From the NCBI GenBank assembly GCA_029258885.1, contig JAPDJW010000009.1, positions 64,001 through 128,000 of the forward strand: 64,000 nt of DNA, written 5' to 3'. Positions 1 to 9,668 of the stretch are shown piece by piece (position 1 is the first letter of the stretch; each line of letters opens with the position of its first letter). This stretch comes from Thermoproteota archaeon (GTDB lineage Archaea > Thermoproteota > Thermoprotei > Thermofilales > B9-G17). The notes below the pieces were generated by a model that did not search any database, was not told the origin of the DNA, and saw only the letters and a list, made by a program, of their open reading frames with translations. The translations under genes were made by a program, and so were the position numbers.

Positions 1-40
1 CTCAACGAACCTCAGCGTATCGATTAGGCAGACGATATTC

Positions 41-1096
41 GTGAACAATGGATACAAGACATTTAGGTTTATTGTATGTGGGGACTGTAGGCCAGCCCGC
101 CCGAACGACCCGATACCGGAGACGTTTAAGAGGCTGATAAGCGTAGTCAATTTAATTCACCCTGATTTCCTCATTATTGCAGGCGACCTAATATACGGCT
201 ATCATGCAACGGGGAGAAACTTAGAGAGGCAATACTTAGAGTTCGATAAGTGCATTAACGCATGCATAGTTCCAGTCATTACTGCTGTTGGAAACCACGA
301 CACCAAGACTGGCCGTAGACACGGGAGCGGCGACCCCTACGCCGAGCAACTATACATCCGCCTATACGGTAGGCTCTACTACTCCTTCAACGTAGGAAAT
401 ACCCACATTATAATACTCGATACCGATGTCGTTGGAAGCGCCGTGGAAATTAAGGGTACTGAGCAGGGATTATGGCTTGAAAACGACCTAAAACAGCATG
501 GCTCATGTAACCCAATATTCGTTATTATGCATAGACCCGTAGTCGGGGGTTCATCTGGGTGGAGCAGGGAGGATATAGAGTACCTGACTAACTTATTCAC
601 TAAACATCGCGTCAACGCGGTCTTTCAGGGCCATATACACCTATACCGTAACATATCGTATAGAGGCGTAACATACTATATAACGGGCGGAGCGGGAGCA
701 CCGTTGGGAGGAAAACCGATAAATGGAGGGATACACCACTTCCTACTAGTAGAGGTAAATGGAAGTAGCTTTAAAGTAAAGTTTTATCCAATTGACGTGA
801 TAAGGGTGCACTACTATCCAGCCAACAATGGAAGACACTATGTAGTGAACGCATCGGTATCCCTATTGTTTGCTACTCCCATCAAGGTATCAGGTAAATA
901 CATTAGACCTGAACCATTAAGACTTGATGGAGTAAGGTTCATAATGCCTATAGCTATAGGCTACGTAGTTGAGGGTGGAAGAATAGTTAAGGTTATCCGG
1001 AGACAGATGTACTGCATAGTTTACGTATCAGCTCTAGTGAATCCCGGTAGTACTAGGAATATCCGGATAACTGCAGTACGCGAGCCTGAGATATAG
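41..1096 (+). CDS. Calcineurin-like metallophosphoesterase with C-terminal extension; probably 5'-truncated by the window edge
   Basis: Motifs GDCR, AGDLIYG, VGNHD, HRP and GHIH. The reading frame is open from position 2 to the GTG at 41, so the true start (and any signal peptide) may lie upstream. Confidence 0.85.
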   Translation: MNNGYKTFRFIVCGDCRPARPNDPIPETFKRLISVVNLIHPDFLIIAGDLIYGYHATGRNLERQYLEFDKCINACIVPVITAVGNHDTKTGRRHGSGDPYAEQLYIRLYGRLYYSFNVGNTHIIILDTDVVGSAVEIKGTEQGLWLENDLKQHGSCNPIFVIMHRPVVGGSSGWSREDIEYLTNLFTKHRVNAVFQGHIHLYRNISYRGVTYYITGGAGAPLGGKPINGGIHHFLLVEVNGSSFKVKFYPIDVIRVHYYPANNGRHYVVNASVSLLFATPIKVSGKYIRPEPLRLDGVRFIMPIAIGYVVEGGRIVKVIRRQMYCIVYVSALVNPGSTRNIRITAVREPEI

Positions 1097-1121
1097 CCTA
1101 ATAAGTTATGGTTTATAAAAA

Positions 1122-2552
1122 TTACTTTTTCCTAATTAATATTGCAGCCAATATAACAGCCACGGATACTATTATAACGGCAGCGTTTTCCATTATTAAA
1201 GTCTTCAGAAGCTCTATCTTATTAACGAGGTAAGCCTCGCCGCCTATTACTGGGGGTAGCGGGAACACTATCTTTATGTCCTTAATAGAGCTATGGAATA
1301 CCTTAATATAGAGTATTTTCTCGTATTTATCGTAGTACCATACGTTGCTCGTAGCTGTTAGGTATTTATCCTTCGATAAGGTATACGGTATTAATACGCC
1401 GTCTACTTCAACCGTGTAGGGCCGGTCGTTTGACGTGATTTTGGTTTCGGATGCTGTGCCAGCTGGTGCATCAATTGATATTATGAAAACTCCCTTATCT
1501 GCATCGTAGGATGCCTGAACTATCGTGCCATTAGTTATTGTCGTATATGGGGAGTCAAACGGCCTAAATGCATAGTTTGCTATAGTTATCTCATCCTCCA
1601 CATCATCCGCTGAGGAGATGGAGGTCTCATACACCTTGCCGATGTCCGGACTAACTACCTCGATAACATACGATTCTCCAGGCACTAGTGGAAGGATTCC
1701 TACCCCCTTCATGTCGGTTGTCGCCGAGAACCCGTTAGCTAGTAGCTGATGCCCATATAATCTCTTCCCCAGCGCATCCTTAAGGGTTACATTATACTTC
1801 GCTATATCAATTCTAAGGTAGGTTGTTATATTATCGTGATCGCTCCATTCATTGGCTTGATCGTGTACATTATCGTTATAGGGTATGCTTGAGACAGCGC
1901 TACCATCCCCGCCAGTAATATATACTACCAAGTTGATTTCACTGGGTACACCCCCTAGAGCAGACCACGGCACCTTAACTTTAAATAGGGTTGAGCCACT
2001 GTGATCAGAGGCAACAGGGGTATAGCCTCCACCCACGCTTACAAGATCATTGTAGTACCATACGTACCAGTGGTGTACGTCGGGGTCTCTAACAATGGGC
2101 GGATAGCTCTCCCACATATACCTATTAAACTGGGCGGTTGTTATTGTAGAGCCGTCGTACCAGAAGTATGATATATAGTCTGGATAGTAGGGCGACGTAT
2201 GGTTGAAGAATCTGCCCCAGCAATCCCTCCACGTGGAGTCGTCGGGCTCATATACTGCTCCAAACCCTATATTTGGATCCTTATTAATGTCAAAGGCTAT
2301 TCCTAAAGCTAATCCCCAGCCGTCCGGGGCAAAGTCGACACCTATATATAGGAAGCTTGAATCCCAAGTCACATATAGGAGCGATAGATTAGCTGGCTTA
2401 CCTGGAGCATCTTGATCAACTTGAGCCACTTTCTCATCCGACGAGAAATCGTTTGAATTAGTACTCATATCTATCGTATGCGGCGGCTTCGCAAGAACCG
2501 AACCGAAAGCTACGATAGTTAATAGTAAAAATACTAGCAGTATTCTTTCCAT
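1122..2552 (-). CDS. Secreted, C-terminally anchored protein with DOMON/CBM9-like (glucodextranase-type) sugar-binding domain
   Basis: Signal peptide. Motifs LYVTWDSSFLYIGVDF, IAFDIN and FKVKVPWSALG resemble DOMON-like carbohydrate-binding domains. C-terminal TM followed by RKK. Confidence 0.55.
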   Translation of the reverse strand: MERILLVFLLLTIVAFGSVLAKPPHTIDMSTNSNDFSSDEKVAQVDQDAPGKPANLSLLYVTWDSSFLYIGVDFAPDGWGLALGIAFDINKDPNIGFGAVYEPDDSTWRDCWGRFFNHTSPYYPDYISYFWYDGSTITTAQFNRYMWESYPPIVRDPDVHHWYVWYYNDLVSVGGGYTPVASDHSGSTLFKVKVPWSALGGVPSEINLVVYITGGDGSAVSSIPYNDNVHDQANEWSDHDNITTYLRIDIAKYNVTLKDALGKRLYGHQLLANGFSATTDMKGVGILPLVPGESYVIEVVSPDIGKVYETSISSADDVEDEITIANYAFRPFDSPYTTITNGTIVQASYDADKGVFIISIDAPAGTASETKITSNDRPYTVEVDGVLIPYTLSKDKYLTATSNVWYYDKYEKILYIKVFHSSIKDIKIVFPLPPVIGGEAYLVNKIELLKTLIMENAAVIIVSVAVILAAILIRKK

Positions 2553-2662
2553 AAAATCACCTTTGCTATGATATACTTTCTAAAGACTTATAAATTTTAA
2601 TACTGTAGCGTAATTAAGTACTTCATAGCGCTCTCAAAGCTTAACAAGCTAGGTATCTATTT

Positions 2663-3637
2663 TCATCTATTCAGCATACCCGTTATTAGATATGCAAAAA
2701 TAAACACTGCTAAGAACAGTAGGAATGTTAGAACTAGAGTACTAGAACTTGCAGCCCCCGACTCCACGGGCAGGGCAATACATACCTCCGCATCAGATAC
2801 AACATACATTCTTCTCTCGTCGTATTTTACGCCGTCTTTCTCTATCCTAACTCTATATTCACCGGGATTAAGTTTAAGATTTACCCTACCCTCGGAATCC
2901 GTATGTAGGAGGTAGCTCTCCCCCTCCCCCTCAATCCTCACGGTTATGCCGCTAATAGGACTGCCCGATAGGCTTACGATCTTAATAGTAACGTTTAACC
3001 TCTTTAGGCCGTGGAGTGAGGTATATAGCTCCCTCACATAGTTCATAAACTTTATCCAGTTGAATGTTGATCCCGGATCTGTATGATGGCTTCTACCTCC
3101 CCCTACCCTGGGGTTGCTTGGATCGGGCACTTGAATATGCCCTATAATGCCGGAGGATTGGAGAGGACTTGGGGGAGCAACGCCCTCAACCCATACTAAT
3201 GCAACATTATAGTTTTCGTGAAGCCATACGGCAAGCTTAGCAAGGTTTTTATAGAGTGTGTCAGGCCAAATAGTGCTCCCAACATAGCCGGCAATCTCTA
3301 TGCCTACCGAATACCTATTATAGAGGGAGTTTCCAGCATGCCATGCAATATCCTTAATTCTAACCATCTGTGTGAGATGTGTACCAGCTTCATTTATAAC
3401 AAAGTGTGCACTAACTCTAGCTTTAGGATTCTTAAACCAATTAATAGTACCCCCGTAGCTTCCCTCAGCAACATGTATTATAAACCATCTAACATCTTCT
3501 CTGCCTCTATTACTGCTTAAATAGTTGCCTGGATCTGCTGGATTCCATATAGCTCCGGGGTAGTCCGGCTGAGAATATACTTTCACTGCCACAATCACCA
3601 TTAATAATATAATTAATAATGATAGTATTCCACGCAT
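2663..3637 (-). CDS. N-acetylmuramoyl-L-alanine amidase (Amidase_2/PGRP fold), secreted and membrane-anchored
   Basis: IIHVAEG (His), VSAHFVI, AWHAGN, VGIEIAG (Glu), IIGH (His), HTDPG (Asp). N-terminal signal peptide, Ig-like stalk, C-terminal TM. Confidence 0.9.
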   Translation of the reverse strand: MRGILSLLIILLMVIVAVKVYSQPDYPGAIWNPADPGNYLSSNRGREDVRWFIIHVAEGSYGGTINWFKNPKARVSAHFVINEAGTHLTQMVRIKDIAWHAGNSLYNRYSVGIEIAGYVGSTIWPDTLYKNLAKLAVWLHENYNVALVWVEGVAPPSPLQSSGIIGHIQVPDPSNPRVGGGRSHHTDPGSTFNWIKFMNYVRELYTSLHGLKRLNVTIKIVSLSGSPISGITVRIEGEGESYLLHTDSEGRVNLKLNPGEYRVRIEKDGVKYDERRMYVVSDAEVCIALPVESGAASSSTLVLTFLLFLAVFIFAYLITGMLNR

Positions 3638-3686
3638 AGAGGCCCGAGGAAAAATAGGTATTAACAGTTATTTAAATATGCTTCCG

Positions 3687-3740
3687 AGTCAGTGTTCGGA
3701 ACTTCGTTCATCGATCCCTCGAAACCTCCCTCATCATCCA
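3687..3740 (-). ncRNA. Candidate C/D-box guide sRNA
   Basis: Minus strand reads ATGATGA (C box, 3737-3731), about 12 nt, degenerate D'/C', AAGTTCCGAACA, then CTGA (D box, 3692-3689). About 50 nt, intergenic. The internal boxes are degenerate. Confidence 0.55.
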
Positions 3741-3770
3741 AGTATTTACTCCATAAACGGAGATATATTG

Positions 3771-5096
3771 TTACCTTCTAGTTTTTATCGCAAGCCCCAA
3801 TCCTAGAATAGCTAGTGTAATTGCCCAGACTAATGTTTCGTGGAATACTAACACTATAGTTAGGGCGCATAGAAGTACTCCTATGAGCGACGTTACGGGA
3901 ATATTTAGGGGGGCTAGCGGTATCTTAAATGGTCTCTCAGCATCCGGATATCTTCGCCTCAGAATAAGCACCGAGAAGTTCACAAAAATAAATGCTATTA
4001 GACAGCCCAAATTGGAGGACTTAGCGACAACATCTATAACCTTTATGGGATCCTCATAAAACCCTGATACTACCACCTCAAAGAGAGCCACGAACCCTGC
4101 CAATATAACTGAATAGTGCGGAGTTTTTCTTCGAGGATGCACTAAGGAGAGCTTGGGGTTTAGCATGCCATCGTACGACATTCCATACGCTATCCTAGAG
4201 GATGATACAAGGAAGCCCAGGATGGTGTTTGAGGTCGAAAATAGGGCAATAGACGCTAAAAGGTACCAGCCCATAGAGCCTAAAACCGATTTAACAGCTG
4301 AAGCAAGTGGTGCGCCAGCAATAGCTAGTTCCTTCCAATCCATCAGCTTAACTACAGATAAGGCAACCAATAGGTATAGTAGTCCGCATACAGTTAATGC
4401 AAGAATAATTGCCTTAGGCATTGTTCTTCTGGCATCAATTGTTTCTTCACTAGTCGTAGCCATAAGCTCAAAGCCGACATACGCAAAGAATATTAAGGCA
4501 GCTCCTTGAAGTATTCCAATCCAGCCTTTAGGAGGCATTGATACGTAGTCAGGGTTAACCCTGCCAAAAAGCGCTCCAAGAATTATTACAATTATTAGTC
4601 CGCTTACTTCCACTAGCGTGAATGCTATATTTAATTTACTGCTCTCCTCTATCCCAAGATAGTTTACATAGGTAAATATTAGTATGGCTACCGCCGATGC
4701 AAGTATTAACGTAATGTTTCTATTAAATATATTCAGCTGAAATATCTCTATAAAATACCTGGAGAATCCAACAGCTGCTGTCGCAGCACCACTAGCTGCC
4801 TCGAAAAATATCATCCATCCTACAAGAAAGGCCAGCATTTCCTGCTTATCAAATGCTCTTTTAACGTAAAAATAGCTACTTGAAGCCTTGGGATATAGAC
4901 CTGAAAGCTCTGCGTAGCTTAATCCAGTAAATAAAGCTATTAAACCAGCTACAACAACTGAGAGCCAAATTAATGGCCCGGCGTATGCTGCGGTTCGACC
5001 TATAACGACATATATCCCAGCTCCCAGTATTAATCCAATTCCAAACATTGTTGCCTGCCATAATCCTAGAGCACGCTTTAGCTCACTCATAGTCAC
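3771..5096 (-). CDS. APC-superfamily amino acid permease
   Basis: GIGLILGAGIY, FFAYVGFE, SRIAYGMSYDG..P, RPFKIP motifs; about 12 TM segments. Confidence 0.93.
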   Translation of the reverse strand: MTMSELKRALGLWQATMFGIGLILGAGIYVVIGRTAAYAGPLIWLSVVVAGLIALFTGLSYAELSGLYPKASSSYFYVKRAFDKQEMLAFLVGWMIFFEAASGAATAAVGFSRYFIEIFQLNIFNRNITLILASAVAILIFTYVNYLGIEESSKLNIAFTLVEVSGLIIVIILGALFGRVNPDYVSMPPKGWIGILQGAALIFFAYVGFELMATTSEETIDARRTMPKAIILALTVCGLLYLLVALSVVKLMDWKELAIAGAPLASAVKSVLGSMGWYLLASIALFSTSNTILGFLVSSSRIAYGMSYDGMLNPKLSLVHPRRKTPHYSVILAGFVALFEVVVSGFYEDPIKVIDVVAKSSNLGCLIAFIFVNFSVLILRRRYPDAERPFKIPLAPLNIPVTSLIGVLLCALTIVLVFHETLVWAITLAILGLGLAIKTRR

Positions 5097-5117
5097 ACCA
5101 GCATCTGCTATTAAGCC

Positions 5118-7127
5118 TTACCTTATTAATAACTTTTTAACAACTATTAACGCTGCAGCCACAGCTACAATGATAAGCACTAGTATGAGCTCGATCGGCA
5201 TCTCTTCCCTCTTTTCTTCCACGTGTACTACTAATATAGCGTATGTAGGCTTCCAGTACGGATTTCCCTCAAAGGCTACTTTAACGTAATAGTTTCCCGT
5301 TTCATAGGGCTTCCATAGATGTGTGAATTCGCCGCTACTATTTGTCGATATTTCACACATAAAGCTCCACTCTGAGGTATATTCGGGTCTAAAGTATATC
5401 TTCAAGTTTACGCTTATTCTCGGCTCCACGTAGCCCGATATTTTTACCCACTCTCCAAACACCGCTGAAATATTATATGAAGCAAGGTTTATCTTGAGGC
5501 TTGATTTAGGCTGAACCTCTATAGTTAAAGTATGCTCTGATGGAGCGTAGCTCTTCGATCCGTTGTAGCGAGCTTTAATGCAGTATTTTCCCTCGGTTTG
5601 AGGCCTCCATACGTATTTAAATTCCCCCTTATCATCCGCTAATACGCTGCTTATCTTAATCCAGCTTCCATCGGTCGAGTAGTAGAGGTCTATTTGAGCG
5701 CCAGCTATCGGTGGATTTATTTTACCGCTTATTTCAACGTAGCTACCTACTACGGGTGATGTATTATTTACCTTTAGCGTAAGGTAGGTTTTAGTCTGTA
5801 TTAAGGTTACTCTTATCGTTACTAGCTCATAATCTCCAAGGTAGGCTTCGCTCCCGTTCCACTGGAATAACACTAGATAAACCCCACCCTTAGTTGGGAG
5901 GAACTCGTAAATGAAACCTCCCGTATTATCAGTAGTAACCGTTTTATCCAGTATCCACGTTGCTCCGTTATCGAGGCTATACATGACGTATATTTTAGCT
6001 TTAGGTATCCCCGGCTCAAGCCTACCTTTAATTTCATACCTCTCATATCCCTTACAGGACTTAGGGTACGTTTCGATAACTATATCCGATAGATTTTTCC
6101 TATTTACCTCGTCGAGCGCGTTCCAGAAGCTAGAGTCCTCTATGCCAACATACCATACGGCGACGTATTTAAGCCCGAATTTTTTAATTAGTTTAAGCCT
6201 ATCAAGGTGGCTTGCAGGTCCCGAAAACCATACCTCATGGCGTTTTCTGCCTGCTGTATAGGAGTAGTGGTATTCCCCCTCCTTGTAATCGTATAGGACT
6301 TTAACTCTTAAAGCCTTAGCTCTAGATATTGCGGAGCCATACGTGACTGCCTTCCCTGTTCCGCCGACTGGCCAGTCTATACCGTAGGCGGGAATCCCTA
6401 TAATAAGCTTGTTGCTGGGCACCTTGGTTAATGCATACTCTATTATGTCCTGAATCCACCATATTGGAGCTACAGGACCTGGGGAACCCCCCGGATAGTG
6501 GTAATCGTACGCCATTATCACTACATAATCCACGACTTCAGCTATTTTTTCATAGTCGTATCCAGTAACCACGTCTCTGGTTTTAGGGAATACATCCACG
6601 CTAACTTCCTTATCTCCAATCTGCTTTAGCCTAAGCTTAAGCCTCTTTAGAAAGCTTACAAAGGCCTGTCTATCGCTACTATATACTCTTTCAAAGTCTA
6701 TATTTACCCCGTCGAAGCCGTAGTCTTCCACTACTTTAGCTATTTCCTCAACCACGTCCCTACTAGTCTGATTATTAAGTATAAGCTTAATCAGGGATGA
6801 GCTATGGCATATAACTGTGGGAACAACCTTAATTCCCTTATCCTGAGCGAAGGAGACGAAGTTCTTAAATGTGTCTCCAATAGACTTTATCGGGACAACG
6901 CTTCCATCGTCATCCACCTTAAACCAGAACGGTGATACGTGCGAGAAATACTTATACTTAGAATACAGCTTACTTGTATCAAAGTTCCACCAGGCAAACC
7001 ATCCAAATAGCTTTATCTCATCTGAAGCATTTCCCTGAGCATCTACGGGTAAAGTAGGCGTTAAGGCTACCGATATCATTAAGAGCCCTATACATAACAC
7101 GTTAATTCTAGCATTCAAAGCCATCAC
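5118..7127 (-). CDS. GH18 glycoside hydrolase, spore cortex-lytic (CFLE/YdhD/SleL)-like, with Ig-like repeats and C-terminal TM anchor
   Basis: FDGVNIDFE catalytic motif; VIMAYDYHYPGGSPGPVAP and KLIIGIPAYGIDW typical of CFLE-type GH18; signal peptide; repeated Ig-like modules; TM plus KK. Confidence 0.88.
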   Translation of the reverse strand: MMALNARINVLCIGLLMISVALTPTLPVDAQGNASDEIKLFGWFAWWNFDTSKLYSKYKYFSHVSPFWFKVDDDGSVVPIKSIGDTFKNFVSFAQDKGIKVVPTVICHSSSLIKLILNNQTSRDVVEEIAKVVEDYGFDGVNIDFERVYSSDRQAFVSFLKRLKLRLKQIGDKEVSVDVFPKTRDVVTGYDYEKIAEVVDYVVIMAYDYHYPGGSPGPVAPIWWIQDIIEYALTKVPSNKLIIGIPAYGIDWPVGGTGKAVTYGSAISRAKALRVKVLYDYKEGEYHYSYTAGRKRHEVWFSGPASHLDRLKLIKKFGLKYVAVWYVGIEDSSFWNALDEVNRKNLSDIVIETYPKSCKGYERYEIKGRLEPGIPKAKIYVMYSLDNGATWILDKTVTTDNTGGFIYEFLPTKGGVYLVLFQWNGSEAYLGDYELVTIRVTLIQTKTYLTLKVNNTSPVVGSYVEISGKINPPIAGAQIDLYYSTDGSWIKISSVLADDKGEFKYVWRPQTEGKYCIKARYNGSKSYAPSEHTLTIEVQPKSSLKINLASYNISAVFGEWVKISGYVEPRISVNLKIYFRPEYTSEWSFMCEISTNSSGEFTHLWKPYETGNYYVKVAFEGNPYWKPTYAILVVHVEEKREEMPIELILVLIIVAVAAALIVVKKLLIR

Positions 7128-7307
7128 CTATACAATTTGCTAATACATGATTACCCTTAGGGGATTAAAATAGATCTACTATTAAAGATCAATTCAGTAT
7201 ACACCTATATTCATATGACGAAGATATTTACGGATCTTGCCAGGGCAGGTGCCGACTATAACTCTATGTTGGAGATCTTAGGCTAAGGCAACAACTTATA
7301 TTTTTAA

Positions 7308-8192
7308 TTGCGAACTAAGTCTATGGGATTTAAAGTGAGCCTTGATAATTTAGAGCAAGCTATTGAGAACTTTAAAGTAGATATAGTTAATAGGGATTTT
7401 CTAAGCGATATTATCGATGCTATAGGCAGGGACGGCAAACTAGTTAGGGTAAATACAACAGAAGACGTGTATTTTATCGGAGACCTGCACGGGGATTACG
7501 AGTCGCTTAAAAGAATTATCAGCTTATCGTACGAGAGGAGTGGAATATACGTCTTCCTTGGGGACTACGTGGATAGAGGGCCTTCTCAGCTTGAAACGTT
7601 CCTAGGAGTACTTATATTTAAGCTGTTCAATAAGGATAGAACTATAGTTTTAAGAGGAAACCATGAAGACCCATTCATGAACGAGTACTACGGTTTCATA
7701 TACCATTTAATGTCGAGGCTTAAGGGGGAATGGAGAATCTTCTACCAGAACTTCATAATACCCCTATATGTCAGCCTCCCCGTTTCAGCAGTTATAAAAC
7801 TCGGCGAAGGTCTGAGAATTTTTGCAGTACATGGAGGCATACCTATAGAAGCCCCGAGCCTAGATGAATTAGAGAAAATTCCAGAACAGGAAACGATAAC
7901 TGATTCAATTCTGCTCCAACTGTTATGGAATGATCCACGTGAAGGGCTTGAGGAATATGAGCCTAGCTTTAGGGGTCCAGGAATATACTACTTTGGCAGG
8001 AGGATTTTAGAGGATTTCTTATCTAAAAACGATCTAAGTCTAGTTATTAGAGCGCATGAGCCCGTTGAAGACGGTTACGAAGCTTTATTTAACGGAAAAC
8101 TATACACGGTATTTACTTGTAGATTCTATGGAATAAAGCCAGCAATACTCAGAATAACAAAAGAAGGCATCATCGAGCCTATCTTTATCTAA
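7308..8192 (+). CDS. Ser/Thr protein phosphatase, PPP family
   Basis: GDLHG, GDYVDRG, RGNHE, VHGG, LLWNDP and RAHE motifs. Confidence 0.93.
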   Translation: MRTKSMGFKVSLDNLEQAIENFKVDIVNRDFLSDIIDAIGRDGKLVRVNTTEDVYFIGDLHGDYESLKRIISLSYERSGIYVFLGDYVDRGPSQLETFLGVLIFKLFNKDRTIVLRGNHEDPFMNEYYGFIYHLMSRLKGEWRIFYQNFIIPLYVSLPVSAVIKLGEGLRIFAVHGGIPIEAPSLDELEKIPEQETITDSILLQLLWNDPREGLEEYEPSFRGPGIYYFGRRILEDFLSKNDLSLVIRAHEPVEDGYEALFNGKLYTVFTCRFYGIKPAILRITKEGIIEPIFI

Positions 8193-8253
8193 ATGATAAG
8201 ATTTATTGATTCCTAGCAAGAATAATTTTATATATAGATTAGTTGTGGTGTTT

Positions 8254-8499
8254 ATGGGCAGGGTTATAAAAGTTTCAGATGAGGTATATGAACGTCTAAA
8301 GGTGTTGAAAAAGCCAGGAGAATCGTTTTCAGATGTTATTCTACGTTTGTTAAATTATAATAAACCTAGACTTATTGGCTTAATTGGGAGGAGAACTATA
8401 ACAAGTAAAGAATGGGATAGGATTAGGATGGAACTTAAAATTCGGGAGGAGCTGGATGAGATAAGGAAAAGCTATTTGCTTAGGTTGATGGAGAGATGA
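8254..8499 (+). CDS. VapB-like antitoxin (archaeal DUF217/VAPB_antitox-type)
   Basis: MGRVIKVSDEVYERLKVLKKPGESFSDVILRLL. I moved the start to ATG 8254, which follows a GTGGTG SD-like site. Confidence 0.8.
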   Translation: MGRVIKVSDEVYERLKVLKKPGESFSDVILRLLNYNKPRLIGLIGRRTITSKEWDRIRMELKIREELDEIRKSYLLRLMER

Positions 8500-8567
8500 A
8501 TTATCTGGTTATCTGCAGATATCTTCAGTAGGGGAGGTTCCATTTCCTCTATCTATACAGCTGGACG

Positions 8568-9581
8568 GTGAATCTATTGATCAGCGATATTATATGGATT
8601 TTCACTGCGAAATGTGGATTGAACTGTCCCCACTGCTATGTTAAGCCTAGGTTTTCGAAGCTGAGGGAGCTTTCGAGTAGTGAGAAGATAAGGCTTGTCA
8701 GGGAGGCGGCCGAAATGAACGTAGAGTGGATAGGCTTAAGTGGTGGTGAACCATTAATCCACCCCGACTTTAAAGCTATAGTTAGGGAGGCATCGGAGCA
8801 CAATATGGAAGTCAGCGTAGTAACCAGCGGTATAATGTATATGAAGGAGTCGCTAGACGTCATAAGAAGGCATAATGTATATGTAACTGTAAGCCTTGAT
8901 GGAGCTACTATTAAGAGCCATGAACTAGTAAGAGGAAAGGATGCCTGGAAAAAGACGGTAGGCTTTATTGAGAAGCTTAGATTGATGTCTATAGAATTTT
9001 CAACGGTAATAGCCGTAAACCGCTTCAATTACCTTGAGGCCGGGGAATACGTTGAGTTATCAATGGAGCTAGGCTCGAGATGTGCATGCCTTATACCGAC
9101 TATGAAGACTGGCTCAGCTGTTTCAACTGGAATGTACGTTACGGCACCTAAGTATCTGGAGGCGATAAAGAAGGCTGAGGAAAAAGCTGATGAATTAGGT
9201 TTTCCAGTATCCCTATGGTGTTCGCCCTTTGCCGGACTATATGTTCGCTCGCCATACGTGAAATACGGCAACTGTAGATTCTGGGATAACGTTGACATAG
9301 ATCCTGCAGGGAGAATACTGCTATGTGACACTATAGACATAGTCCTGGCGGAATACAGGGGCAACCTAGCTGAAGCCGTTGAGGAAAGTCTAAGAAATCC
9401 GATAAATAAGCTGGTGGAGGAGGTAGAGGACGACATATGCCTAAAATGTAGAAACTACAGGTTCTGTAGAGGCGGCTGCTTCGCTAGAGCATACATGGAA
9501 TATGGCGACCTAAGGAGACCTGACCCACTATGTCCAGTAGTATTTTATTCTAAAAGAAATTACTATATTAATAAGAAATAG
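8568..9581 (+). CDS. Radical SAM protein with SPASM domain
   Basis: CxxxCxxC (CGLNCPHC), SGGEPL, C-terminal CxxCxxxxxCRGGCxARAY...DPLC. Confidence 0.92.
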   Translation: MNLLISDIIWIFTAKCGLNCPHCYVKPRFSKLRELSSSEKIRLVREAAEMNVEWIGLSGGEPLIHPDFKAIVREASEHNMEVSVVTSGIMYMKESLDVIRRHNVYVTVSLDGATIKSHELVRGKDAWKKTVGFIEKLRLMSIEFSTVIAVNRFNYLEAGEYVELSMELGSRCACLIPTMKTGSAVSTGMYVTAPKYLEAIKKAEEKADELGFPVSLWCSPFAGLYVRSPYVKYGNCRFWDNVDIDPAGRILLCDTIDIVLAEYRGNLAEAVEESLRNPINKLVEEVEDDICLKCRNYRFCRGGCFARAYMEYGDLRRPDPLCPVVFYSKRNYYINKK

Positions 9582-9668
9582 CCGTTGCTATCCTATGCTA
9601 TTTAGATATTTGAATTTAAGGACTGTGTATAGATTCTTTGTTTGCTCTCGGGCGAAGGGATTGTGCTG

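Noticed and set aside
7213-7251. Possible C/D sRNA (ATGACGA...CGGA...CCGA)
   Set aside because: Boxes are degenerate, there is no credible C', and the guides are too short.
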